A stretch of DNA of 33,942 nt from a virus. Of this stretch, positions 1 to 7,226 are shown piece after piece. The stretch lies in IMG/VR virus record IMGVR_UViG_3300045988_153030; one strand, 5' to 3'. Each line of letters begins with the position of its first letter. Within the stretch, counting starts at the first letter, position 1. A program made the position numbers and the translations under genes. The notes under the pieces were generated by a model, which saw only the letters and a program-made list of their open reading frames with translations, had not been told where the DNA came from and did not search any database.

Positions 1-55
1 AAAATATCTGCTATATGAAAGAGATAGAATTATTCAACGATCACTTCCAAAACTT
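1..55. repeat. 55-nt terminal direct repeat, copy 1, identical to 33888-33942. Overlap of a circular or circularly permuted genome.
   Basis: aaaatatctgctatatgaaagagatagaattattcaacgatcacttccaaaactt is read at both ends of the window. Confidence 0.95.
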
Positions 56-803
56 CAAGTCATACGGCATACCGAAAGCACAGCTCATCATTGCCGACGT
101 TCCGTATAACCTGGGTGCGAATGCCTACGCCAGCAACCCGGCATGGTATATCGACGGCGACAATAAGAACGGGGAAAGCGATCTGGCCGGGAAGCAGTTC
201 TTCGACACCGATAAGGACTTCCGCCCGGCGGAGTTCATGCACTTCTGCAGTCAGATGCTTCGCAAGGATAAGCCCGAAAAGAAACAGAATGATGATTCAG
301 ACAAAAAAAGCAAAGGAGGAGCGTCGTGCATGATTCTGTTCTGCCCCTTTGAACAGATGCACTACTATATCGAATTGGCCTCACGATACGGGCTGAAACG
401 ATATATTCCGCTGGTGTTTAGGAAAGACTTCTCCGCCCAGGTACTCAAAGCCAACATGAAGGTAGTCGGCAACTGCGAATATGGGCTGATCTTATATCGG
501 GATAGACTTCCAAAATTCAACAACGGCGGCCGCATGATCTTCAACTGCTTCGAATGGGTTAGAGACAACGCCACCCCGAAGGTGCACCCGACACAGAAGC
601 CCGTCCCCCTACTCGAAAGATTGATCGAGATATTCAGCGACAAGGGGGACGTCATCATCGATCCGTGCGCTGGGAGCGGGACAACACTGCTTGCTGCCGC
701 CAACATGGGCCGAAAGGCATACGGATTCGAGATCAAGAAGGACTTCTGCCGGGCAGCCCGTGAAAAGGTCCTTACAAGAGTTCAGAAACAACTATTCATA
801 TAG
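15..803 (+). CDS. DNA methyltransferase, N6-adenine/N4-cytosine type (PF01555-like)
   Basis: 262-aa ORF. Catalytic-type motif IIADVPYN lies near the N-terminus. AdoMet-binding block HPTQKPVPLLERLI...IIDPCAGSGTT lies near the C-terminus. A lysine/aspartate-rich insert (KDKPEKKQNDDSDKKSKGG) sits between them. Confidence 0.9.
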   Translation: MKEIELFNDHFQNFKSYGIPKAQLIIADVPYNLGANAYASNPAWYIDGDNKNGESDLAGKQFFDTDKDFRPAEFMHFCSQMLRKDKPEKKQNDDSDKKSKGGASCMILFCPFEQMHYYIELASRYGLKRYIPLVFRKDFSAQVLKANMKVVGNCEYGLILYRDRLPKFNNGGRMIFNCFEWVRDNATPKVHPTQKPVPLLERLIEIFSDKGDVIIDPCAGSGTTLLAAANMGRKAYGFEIKKDFCRAAREKVLTRVQKQLFI

Positions 804-806
804 ACT

Positions 807-1283
807 ATGGACGCATACAAGAACAAGCGCGGCGAGCAGTTGAAGCCGCTGAATGTGGGGCCGCGGACGTGGCTCCTTGTATCACCCGATAAGCGACGAA
901 GGAACGCGCCGAAAAGTTCAAGCGCGACTGCGAGCGATCGCAGCGAATGGCGAAAAATATCCGGTAGTATGAAAGGGTACAGGTTTAAAGACGAGATCGT
1001 GGAGCTCCGGGACGGGGCGCACCGAGTGTGCGACCTGTCGGTATTCTCCCCGAACGAATGTGCTATGTTTGGCAAATACCGGACATATCCATACCCGTAT
1101 ATGGAGGATGTCAACGCCATTGCAAAAGAGATTGCAAAGGAGATAGGTCTCAAACTGCTTTCCGATGGCATTCTGAAAGTCGAAAGGCGTCCCGATTGCG
1201 TAATCGTGACGATGGAAAACATCCTCCTGCCCGACCCGGACACCGAGCGATTTGTGAAAAATAATTTTGCAGATCCGGAATGA
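807..1283 (+). CDS. hypothetical early protein
   Basis: 158-aa ORF starting 4 nt after the previous stop. No motif recognised. Confidence 0.6.
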   Translation: MDAYKNKRGEQLKPLNVGPRTWLLVSPDKRRRNAPKSSSATASDRSEWRKISGSMKGYRFKDEIVELRDGAHRVCDLSVFSPNECAMFGKYRTYPYPYMEDVNAIAKEIAKEIGLKLLSDGILKVERRPDCVIVTMENILLPDPDTERFVKNNFADPE

Positions 1284-1296
1284 ATTCCTATATTTG
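1266..1296 (+). promoter_or_regulatory. Bacteroidota-type promoter (-33 TTTG, -7 TAnnTTTG)
   Basis: TTTG at 1266-1269, a 19-nt spacer, then TATATTTG at 1289-1296, straddling the stop codon at 1281-1283. Confidence 0.5.
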
Positions 1297-1301
1297 CCAT
1301 T

Positions 1302-1429
1302 GCCAAACTCTCGCAAACCAAATTGCGATTACATACTGATTCTGCGATAAAGCGGGTCTTTCTTGTGGCGTAATCCTTTCGGATTGCGAGAGTTTGGCGA
1401 CTTAAACGAGAGAGGCTCGCCTCTTTTTT
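1302..1429 (+). ncRNA. candidate small structured RNA or cis-regulatory leader (long hairpin plus terminator)
   Basis: Perfect 15-nt inverted repeat: GCCAAACTCTCGCAA (1302-1316) and TTGCGAGAGTTTGGC (1384-1398). It begins 6 nt after the -7 box and is followed by a terminator. No ORF covers it. Confidence 0.4.
1411..1429 (+). terminator. intrinsic terminator-like hairpin with T6 tract
   Basis: AGAGG (1411-1415), loop CTCG, CCTCT (1420-1424), then a T run at 1424-1429. Confidence 0.55.
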
Positions 1430-1454
1430 ACATACTACTAAAAACTTTCAGACC

Positions 1455-1712
1455 ATGCCAAACTCTTCTGAAAGTGGGACCCGGGTACAAGGTACCCCGA
1501 CCACGTCTTACACGCGGCTCACGAAAGCCGAACTGGTTGCCATCATCAACGGCAACGTCATGAATCATCCCCTCTCCTTCGAGGAGTTCTACCGCTGCGC
1601 AATTGCCGTGGTGGCCAGCTGGTGTCACCGGGTGGAGAAATGCCATTTCGCCTGCACGGAGAGCGTGAAATCCTCGCTCGACGCACTGCATCACATCTAC
1701 AAGAATCTCTGA
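1455..1712 (+). CDS. hypothetical protein
   Basis: 85-aa ORF. Its first codons (ATGCCAAACTCT) duplicate the 5' arm of the upstream hairpin. Confidence 0.6.
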   Translation: MPNSSESGTRVQGTPTTSYTRLTKAELVAIINGNVMNHPLSFEEFYRCAIAVVASWCHRVEKCHFACTESVKSSLDALHHIYKNL

Positions 1713-1714
1713 CT

Positions 1715-1846
1715 ATGGCACACCTTGTAACCTTGCTGTTGTGGCTGGGAGCCATTGCAGCGGTGTTCGGGATCGTGTATTCCGACACCCGCATCTACAA
1801 CGCCGTGGATGCCATTCTCAACCGTATTTTCGAAAAACTTGACTGA
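1715..1846 (+). CDS. small hydrophobic (single-TM) protein
   Basis: Internal ATG at 1715 of ORF 1622..1846, 2 nt after the previous stop. Product MAHLVTLLLWLGAIAAVFGIVY... has one hydrophobic helix. Confidence 0.5.
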   Translation: MAHLVTLLLWLGAIAAVFGIVYSDTRIYNAVDAILNRIFEKLD

Positions 1847-1848
1847 CC

Positions 1849-2286
1849 ATGAACACACAGAATCAACCTGCCGAATCGCTCGGGTACTATCCCAGCGAGT
1901 ACATCACGGGGCGAAGCAGATCCACCTCAAAAATTCCTGCGGCCGTATGCCTCAAAGAGTCGGTTATCGCCGAGTTCTGGCGTGAGGCGGTGAGAGCCAT
2001 CGACCGCAAGTCAGACAGCGACGTGGACGGGGTGGTATACACCAGCGATGAGATCGGGGTGTTCCTCGGGCCGTGGGACATTGACATCCGACATCGTATC
2101 GAGTCAATCTGCGAACAGCGGTACGATATAGATTTCGGTGCATTCGAAACGGTGCACGTCCGCGACAACGAATCCTTCGAGGTAGTCGGCGCATACGACT
2201 GCGACAACGACGTCGAGCTGCACGGGCTGGTACGGGTGCTCAATCAATACTACAAAGATCACGAAAACATTTTGTTGAACCGATAA
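1849..2286 (+). CDS. hypothetical acidic protein
   Basis: 145-aa ORF, tightly packed and rich in D/E. No motif recognised. Confidence 0.65.
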   Translation: MNTQNQPAESLGYYPSEYITGRSRSTSKIPAAVCLKESVIAEFWREAVRAIDRKSDSDVDGVVYTSDEIGVFLGPWDIDIRHRIESICEQRYDIDFGAFETVHVRDNESFEVVGAYDCDNDVELHGLVRVLNQYYKDHENILLNR

Positions 2287-2296
2287 AATCAGAACT

Positions 2297-2707
2297 ATGG
2301 AAAACACGAACATGAACGCCGTAGCAACGGTAGATTTCCGCAACCTTCCCGACCTCTCGAAAGCAGAGCCCGAACCAATCGAAATGTCGGGCGAATACTG
2401 GACGCCCGAAAAGGAGGGCGAAACCCGCCGCCTGTTCTTTGTGGGTCTGAACATGGAGACTGTCGTCGAAATGGAGACAGGCGAGACCCGCGAGCTGTTG
2501 GTGGCCCAGTTTGCCGAGCACGTCAACGGTGAACTTCGGGCCGTACGCAACGGATCGCGCCGCCTGGTGGGGATCTTCGAGTCGTTCCAGGCATCGATCA
2601 AACCGGGCGATGCTTTCGAGATCACCTATCTGGGCAAGAAGAAGAACTCGACGAACAGCTACAAGTCCGACAACTGGAGCGTCAAGCGGCTTGTCATCAA
2701 GAAATAG
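2297..2707 (+). CDS. hypothetical protein in the recombination module
   Basis: 136-aa ORF immediately upstream of the exonuclease gene. No motif recognised. Confidence 0.65.
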   Translation: MENTNMNAVATVDFRNLPDLSKAEPEPIEMSGEYWTPEKEGETRRLFFVGLNMETVVEMETGETRELLVAQFAEHVNGELRAVRNGSRRLVGIFESFQASIKPGDAFEITYLGKKKNSTNSYKSDNWSVKRLVIKK

Positions 2708-2709
2708 CC

Positions 2710-3837
2710 ATGGAGGTAAGGTTTCAGACATACGATCTGTCCGGTGCGACTGTAGCGGGCGAGGAACTTTGCCCGTTGCAGTTCGATCGGGCGGAATACA
2801 CGCCCTTTGAGGAGTTCATCCACCGTCTGGACAATCTCCCCGAGAAACCCCGCCGCGTATACAACAATGCGCTGGCGGTCAACGGAAGGGTAGCCAACGA
2901 TCGGATGGAGACGTATCTCAAAGCGGCAGGAGAAAGTTCCTCGCTGCTGAAGGAGGCGTTGAAGTCTCCGCGGCACTATCTGATCGCCCGCAATGAGGAG
3001 ATCGCGCGGCCAGACGGCAAGCACTTCGAACTGGGGACATTCGCACATGAGGCGATCCTCGAACCCAGGCGTTTCGAGCAGGTCGTGGTGAAACCCAAGG
3101 CCGACCGGGGAACCATCCGAGGTTGTGTCGATCTGATCCAATTCTACGCCGATCTGCTGAAGACGCCGCAGGTTGAGATCGACCCGTCATGGAAGTTGCC
3201 GACGCTCAAAGGGATGGCCGCGGACATGGAAGCTCAATGCGAAAAGGCCGGGTACACGCTGATCGACCGCACGTATTACGACATCATCCGGGCCATGAAG
3301 GTATCGTTCAATACCTACGGCGGCGGCATTCTCCCGCGGATCATGCCCTATGTGAAGACCGAGACGTCTATGTACGGGCGCGATTCGTCTACGGGCCTCA
3401 AAGTGAAGATCCGCCCCGACGGGATGCTCCTGGAAGAGAACTTCGGCGTGAACGCCATTTTGTCGGTGAAGACTACCAATGCGACCTCCGTCGAGGCATT
3501 TATGCGGGACTGCGCGAAGTACCGCTACGAGCTGGCCGAGGGGATGTATCTGAAAGTCGCCGGTGAGATCACAGGCCGCGAGTTCACCGCCACGCTGATG
3601 GTCATGGCCCAGACGGTGCTTCCGTACCAGGTCGCGGTGTTCTACTGGGATGCCGAGGATCTGCAGGTCGGCAAGTACAAGTACGCGCAGGCGCTCGACA
3701 TCGTGAAGCAATGCCGGGAGACCGACACGTGGCCGGGATTCGATGGCAAGGCCGAAGAGGGCGCACACGGGATCATCCAGTGCAAGTTGCCCGACTACAT
3801 CAAGGCGGAGCTGCTGCCGCAATATCTTTCCGAATAA
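2710..3837 (+). CDS. PD-(D/E)XK-family exonuclease, RecE/exonuclease VIII-like (PF12684-like)
   Basis: 375 aa with GTFAHEAILEP, KVKIRPDG, ILSVKTT and KYRYELAEGMY blocks in the order typical of the family. The third motif reads S-V-K rather than (D/E)-x-K. Confidence 0.6.
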   Translation: MEVRFQTYDLSGATVAGEELCPLQFDRAEYTPFEEFIHRLDNLPEKPRRVYNNALAVNGRVANDRMETYLKAAGESSSLLKEALKSPRHYLIARNEEIARPDGKHFELGTFAHEAILEPRRFEQVVVKPKADRGTIRGCVDLIQFYADLLKTPQVEIDPSWKLPTLKGMAADMEAQCEKAGYTLIDRTYYDIIRAMKVSFNTYGGGILPRIMPYVKTETSMYGRDSSTGLKVKIRPDGMLLEENFGVNAILSVKTTNATSVEAFMRDCAKYRYELAEGMYLKVAGEITGREFTATLMVMAQTVLPYQVAVFYWDAEDLQVGKYKYAQALDIVKQCRETDTWPGFDGKAEEGAHGIIQCKLPDYIKAELLPQYLSE

Positions 3838-3858
3838 CTCAATCCAATTCACAACATC

Positions 3859-4041
3859 ATGATCGATTTGAAAAACTATGTTCCGGAACATCCGGAATTC
3901 AAACTGCCGAAAAACACGTCATTCCCGAAGGTGATCTTCGAGGGTGCCACGAATATGGACGAGATCCGCAAGCATCTGTCCGGGAAATTCATTGCCGAAA
4001 GCATGCCGAGTGCCAAGGCTGTCCGCCTGCTGGATGCTTAA
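3859..4041 (+). CDS. hypothetical small protein
   Basis: 60-aa ORF ending in TAA at 4039-4041. The next ORF (4078) is in the same frame. Confidence 0.5.
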   Translation: MIDLKNYVPEHPEFKLPKNTSFPKVIFEGATNMDEIRKHLSGKFIAESMPSAKAVRLLDA

Positions 4042-4077
4042 GAACGGGCTTCGATCCGGGCCAACTACGCCGAGCTG

Positions 4078-4462
4078 ATGGAGGACGAGCAGCCGAAACT
4101 GGAAGATGCTCTGGCGGAAGTGGAAGCACAATGCAAGACCATCATCAAGGAGGCGAAGGACAAGTTGCAGGCCGTCATGACGCAGATCCGGGATCTGGTC
4201 TATCAGGTCAAGCGGGGCGAGAAGGAGGTCGATCTTCCGGGGGGAGTCAACGGTTCGCATGGCCCTGTGCGGCCACTACCTGTATTACGCCTGGATCGAC
4301 GGGAAATTCCAGTTGTGCCGGGTTGACAAGATTCCGTCGTGGGACGAGCAGAGTCTCTTCGCCAATCTCGAGACCAACAAGCAGGCATTCATCGAAGTGC
4401 TGGGTATCGACATGAACGAGACGTATGAGCAGGCTTCAGCACCGTCCGGGACGGAAGAGTAA
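4078..4462 (+). CDS. hypothetical coiled-coil protein read in two frames. Either a +1 frame break near the G6 run or two genes overlapping by 68 nt.
   Basis: Frame 1 (4078..4326) has G/C-ending codons up to about 4243. Its last 27 codons are G/C-ending in only about 10 of 26 by hand count. Frame 2 (to 4462) is about 24 of 31 from 4244 on. A G6 run lies at 4239-4244. Confidence 0.45.
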
Positions 4463-4688
4463 CTATGTGAAGAAACTTCAAAGCAAGGAATGGCAGGAGG
4501 TGTGCCGCCGGGTGAGACTCCGCGACGGCCACCGCTGCCAGATTTGCGGCAGAAGCTATTCGCTGGAAGTGCACCACACGACATACTATGACGAGAACGG
4601 CGTGTCGATCGTGGGCCGGGAGGCTGACTTCCTGGATAAACTGATCACTCTCTGCGAAGAGTGTCACCGAAAAGTACATCGAAAATGA
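4425..4688 (+). CDS. HNH (His-Me finger) endonuclease-like small protein
   Basis: CQICG...EVHHTTYY...CEECHRKVH, that is CxxC, HH, CxxCH. The ATG at 4425 overlaps the previous ORF. GTG at 4467, just after its stop, is an alternative start. Confidence 0.7.
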   Translation: MSRLQHRPGRKSNYVKKLQSKEWQEVCRRVRLRDGHRCQICGRSYSLEVHHTTYYDENGVSIVGREADFLDKLITLCEECHRKVHRK

Positions 4689-4689
4689 C

Positions 4690-5595
4690 ATGGCAAGACC
4701 CAACAAGACAGGATTAGACTATTTCCCGTTGGATGTTGACTTCTTTGCCGATGAAAAGATCGCAGCCATATCCGGAGAATTTGGGATCAAGGGCGAAATC
4801 ACGGTCATCAAGCTGCTTTGTGCGGTATACCGGAACGGATACTTCATACTGTGGAATGAGCCGCTGAAATACAAACTGCTCCGTGATCTCCCGGGTGTGA
4901 GTCCTGAATTGATCGACCAAATAGTAAACCGCTTGGTCAGGTGGGGATTCTTCGACGAATCCCTGTTTGACTCGGTGAAGGTTCTGACGAGTCGAGGCAT
5001 TCAGAAGCGATTCTTCTCCATAACCCGCAGACGCGGATTGCCACATGACGCAAAGTATCTGTTAGCAGAAAATGGGTGCACAGGAGTTATTGACGACAAT
5101 AACCCAGCCGTAGCGGAATTATTGTCGACAAAAACCCCACAAAGTAAAGTAAAGAAAAGAATAATATCTACTACGACTACTACCGCGCGCGAGAATTTGG
5201 ACGATTCAGAGGATTCGGTAAATGACTTTTCGGCAACCCCCGAAAAAGGTTGCGCGGAAAAAGTCCCCCCGCAGGTGCCGACCGGAACATACTCGCTGGT
5301 GCCGATCGACAAACTGGCCGAGTGGATGAAGTCCGAAACGGCATGGATCGAGCAGCTTTGCATCAACCGGCACAAGGACCCCGAGTACATCAAACGCAGG
5401 ATCGACGAGTTCGCGGCGCATTGCGCCAACAACGGCGAGACGGCCAAGGACAAGGGCGACTGCAAACGGCACTTCAACAACTGGCTGAGGAAGGTAGAAC
5501 AGCAACCCGCGCCAGCAGCCAGCCCAAAGTCGAGAACTACGGCCAGGCATCCGGCGACGAACTACGACAACAACCAACACTTTGACGATTTTTGA
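4690..5595 (+). CDS. replication initiator / replisome organiser with DUF4373-like N-terminal domain
   Basis: The N-terminus KTGLDYFPLDVDFFADEKIAAISGEFGIKGEITVIKLLCAVY matches my memory of the Lin1244/DUF4373 domain. It lies directly upstream of a DnaC-like loader. Confidence 0.6.
   Translation: MARPNKTGLDYFPLDVDFFADEKIAAISGEFGIKGEITVIKLLCAVYRNGYFILWNEPLKYKLLRDLPGVSPELIDQIVNRLVRWGFFDESLFDSVKVLTSRGIQKRFFSITRRRGLPHDAKYLLAENGCTGVIDDNNPAVAELLSTKTPQSKVKKRIISTTTTTARENLDDSEDSVNDFSATPEKGCAEKVPPQVPTGTYSLVPIDKLAEWMKSETAWIEQLCINRHKDPEYIKRRIDEFAAHCANNGETAKDKGDCKRHFNNWLRKVEQQPAPAASPKSRTTARHPATNYDNNQHFDDF
5086..5170. promoter_or_regulatory. candidate replication origin inside the initiator gene (repeats, palindromes and an A-rich tract)
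   Basis: Hairpin GTTATTG-ACGA-CAATAAC at 5086-5103. The 13-mers TTATTGACGACAA (5087-5099) and TTATTGTCGACAA (5119-5131) are 32 nt apart. An A-rich tract spans 5131-5170. Confidence 0.3.
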
Positions 5596-5597
5596 CC

Positions 5598-6185
5598 ATG
5601 GACTACGCAGAAGTATTACGGCAGCTTCGGGTGGAGGGTAATCCAACCCCGTCGCAGCGGATGCGTATCGCTATCCCGAATGCCCGTGAGGAGCTGGAGA
5701 AGGCAATGACGGTCGTGATGTCGTCGATGGGGGAGACGCTGGTATGGCTCCCTGAATATGATCGGGTAGCTGAGTGGCTTTCGGACAATCACGGCAAAGG
5801 GCTGCTGCTCTTCGGAAGTTGCGGTCGCGGGAAGTCGCTGCTGGTGAGATATGCGATCCCGATGCTGATTCGGGCTTTCTGCCACCGTATCGTTTCGGTG
5901 GTGGACTGCGGTAGCAATCAGGGCACTATCGACGAAATTTTGCGCCGCAAATTGATTTCTCTGGACGATGTAGGCATAGAGGTAGACCGCGTGGACTACG
6001 GAACGCGCCGGAATATTGTCGTCGAGGCGATCAACAAGGCGCAGGATAACCCCGACACGATGGTGATCATGTCGTCGAATCTTTCGGGAGACGCAATCCG
6101 CGAGCGCTACGGAGACCGAATCTTTGATCGGGTGAAATACCTCTGCCACCGCATATCGTTCAACGGCCAAAGTTTAAGAAGATGA
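5598..6185 (+). CDS. DnaC/IstB-like AAA+ helicase loader
   Basis: Walker A LLLFGSCGRGKSLL and Walker B KLISLDDVG. ATG at 5598 is preferred over the TTG at 5592 listed in the ORF track. Confidence 0.75.
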   Translation: MDYAEVLRQLRVEGNPTPSQRMRIAIPNAREELEKAMTVVMSSMGETLVWLPEYDRVAEWLSDNHGKGLLLFGSCGRGKSLLVRYAIPMLIRAFCHRIVSVVDCGSNQGTIDEILRRKLISLDDVGIEVDRVDYGTRRNIVVEAINKAQDNPDTMVIMSSNLSGDAIRERYGDRIFDRVKYLCHRISFNGQSLRR

Positions 6186-6373
6186 GACCTATCTGCAAAA
6201 ACTGTATCTACTATCGAGAGAAGTATCGCGTATGCGAAGTGAAACTCGGAAACGATCGGACCTCTCCGTATAATGAGTGCGACGAGTTAATGTTCTTGTT
6301 TGACTTCACGTCAGGGCAAGGACCCACATTGTTTTTTGAACCTAAAAAAAAGACCGAAAATGGCAGACTTTAG
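6182..6373 (+). CDS. small Cys-rich (zinc-ribbon-like) protein
   Basis: 63 aa with CKNCIYY...VCE...ECDE. Sits in a lower-GC stretch. Confidence 0.45.
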   Translation: MRPICKNCIYYREKYRVCEVKLGNDRTSPYNECDELMFLFDFTSGQGPTLFFEPKKKTENGRL

Positions 6374-6677
6374 CGAAAAATACTTTCCGTGCCCAGTCAA
6401 AGGGTGGTGCGTGATGTGTCGGAGATTAAAGGTTCGGTTTCCGAAAGATGAAGGCGAACCAGACTTCTGGTGTCCGAAACAGGGAAGCAATGCAGCTCCA
6501 TCGAACCTTATGGAAGATTGCGACGGGTTTGTATACATGATGGACGACAAGCGCGAGTGCCAAAACTGCATTCACTTCGAAGCTGATAAGGATTGCGATT
6601 ACAATTCATGGTGTACGAAGAATCGCAAGTTTATAGCATCGCATGATTATATCTGCGAAGATTATGAAGAACGGTAA
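6360..6677 (+). CDS. Cys-rich protein with two CxxC...WC...C modules
   Basis: Internal ATG at 6360 (MADFSEKYFPCPVKGWCVMC...). The C-terminal module is ECQNCIHFEADKDCDYNSWCTKN...ICEDYE. Confidence 0.55.
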   Translation: MADFSEKYFPCPVKGWCVMCRRLKVRFPKDEGEPDFWCPKQGSNAAPSNLMEDCDGFVYMMDDKRECQNCIHFEADKDCDYNSWCTKNRKFIASHDYICEDYEER

Positions 6678-6689
6678 TATGAGCGTGTG

Positions 6690-7046
6690 ATGAGACATAT
6701 CGAATCGAATATTCAGAAGGCGTTTGTCACGTGGTTCCGGCTGCAGTATCCGGAATATGCGCTGAACCTGACAAGCGTACCCAACGGGGGCGCCCGGCGT
6801 AGAAAAGAAGCTGCCATCATGAAGGCCGAAGGAGTGACGGCCGGTGCCGCCGATCTCCTGCTCCTGGTGCCTAGAGGCGGATATGGTGTCCTGGGCATCG
6901 AGTTCAAGACACTGGAGAAGAGCAGCCGCCAAAGTCCGGCGCAGAGGCGCTGGCAGGAGGCCTTCGAGAAGGTGGGGAACAAATACGCCATTGCGCGGAC
7001 CTTTGACGAGGCCGTGGAGGTGGTGAGAAACTATCTGCAGGTATGA
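6690..7046 (+). CDS. VRR-NUC domain nuclease
   Basis: GAADLLLLVP...GVLGIEFKT...QRRWQ is the PD-(D/E)XK signature of VRR-NUC. ATG at 6690 follows the GTG at 6687. Confidence 0.8.
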   Translation: MRHIESNIQKAFVTWFRLQYPEYALNLTSVPNGGARRRKEAAIMKAEGVTAGAADLLLLVPRGGYGVLGIEFKTLEKSSRQSPAQRRWQEAFEKVGNKYAIARTFDEAVEVVRNYLQV

Positions 7047-7225
7047 GCCCCAAAGAGTTTTTCGACAAGGTTTGCCGGATGCGCAAGGCGCAGAAGGAGT
7101 ATTTCCGCACACGGTCAGGTCGCGCGCTTGCAGACAGCAAGAGGCTGGAGAAGGAGATCGACGACGAGATCGAGCGGGTGGAAAAGGTGATGGAGAAAAA
7201 GAATAACCCGAAAATGGAATTTTGA
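7043..7225 (+). CDS. hypothetical small helical protein
   Basis: 60-aa ORF with ATGA overlap to the upstream gene, ending 1 nt before the next gene. Charged and helical. Confidence 0.55.
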   Translation: MSPKEFFDKVCRMRKAQKEYFRTRSGRALADSKRLEKEIDDEIERVEKVMEKKNNPKMEF

Positions 7226-7226
7226 T

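Noticed and set aside
4039-4041. The in-frame TAA between ORFs 3859..4041 and 4078..4326, considered as stop-codon readthrough or genetic-code reassignment.
   Set aside because: Long genes of 1101, 732 and 400 aa read through cleanly with the standard code. No suppressor tRNA is present, and the second ORF has its own ATG. Two ordinary adjacent genes is the simpler reading.
6332-6351. T6 (6332-6337) and A8 (6344-6351) runs at the junction of the two Cys-rich ORFs, considered as a slippage site fusing them.
   Set aside because: The downstream ORF has its own ATG at 6360 immediately after the runs. The upstream ORF ends shortly after, at 6373, and no protein continuity across the frames is evident.
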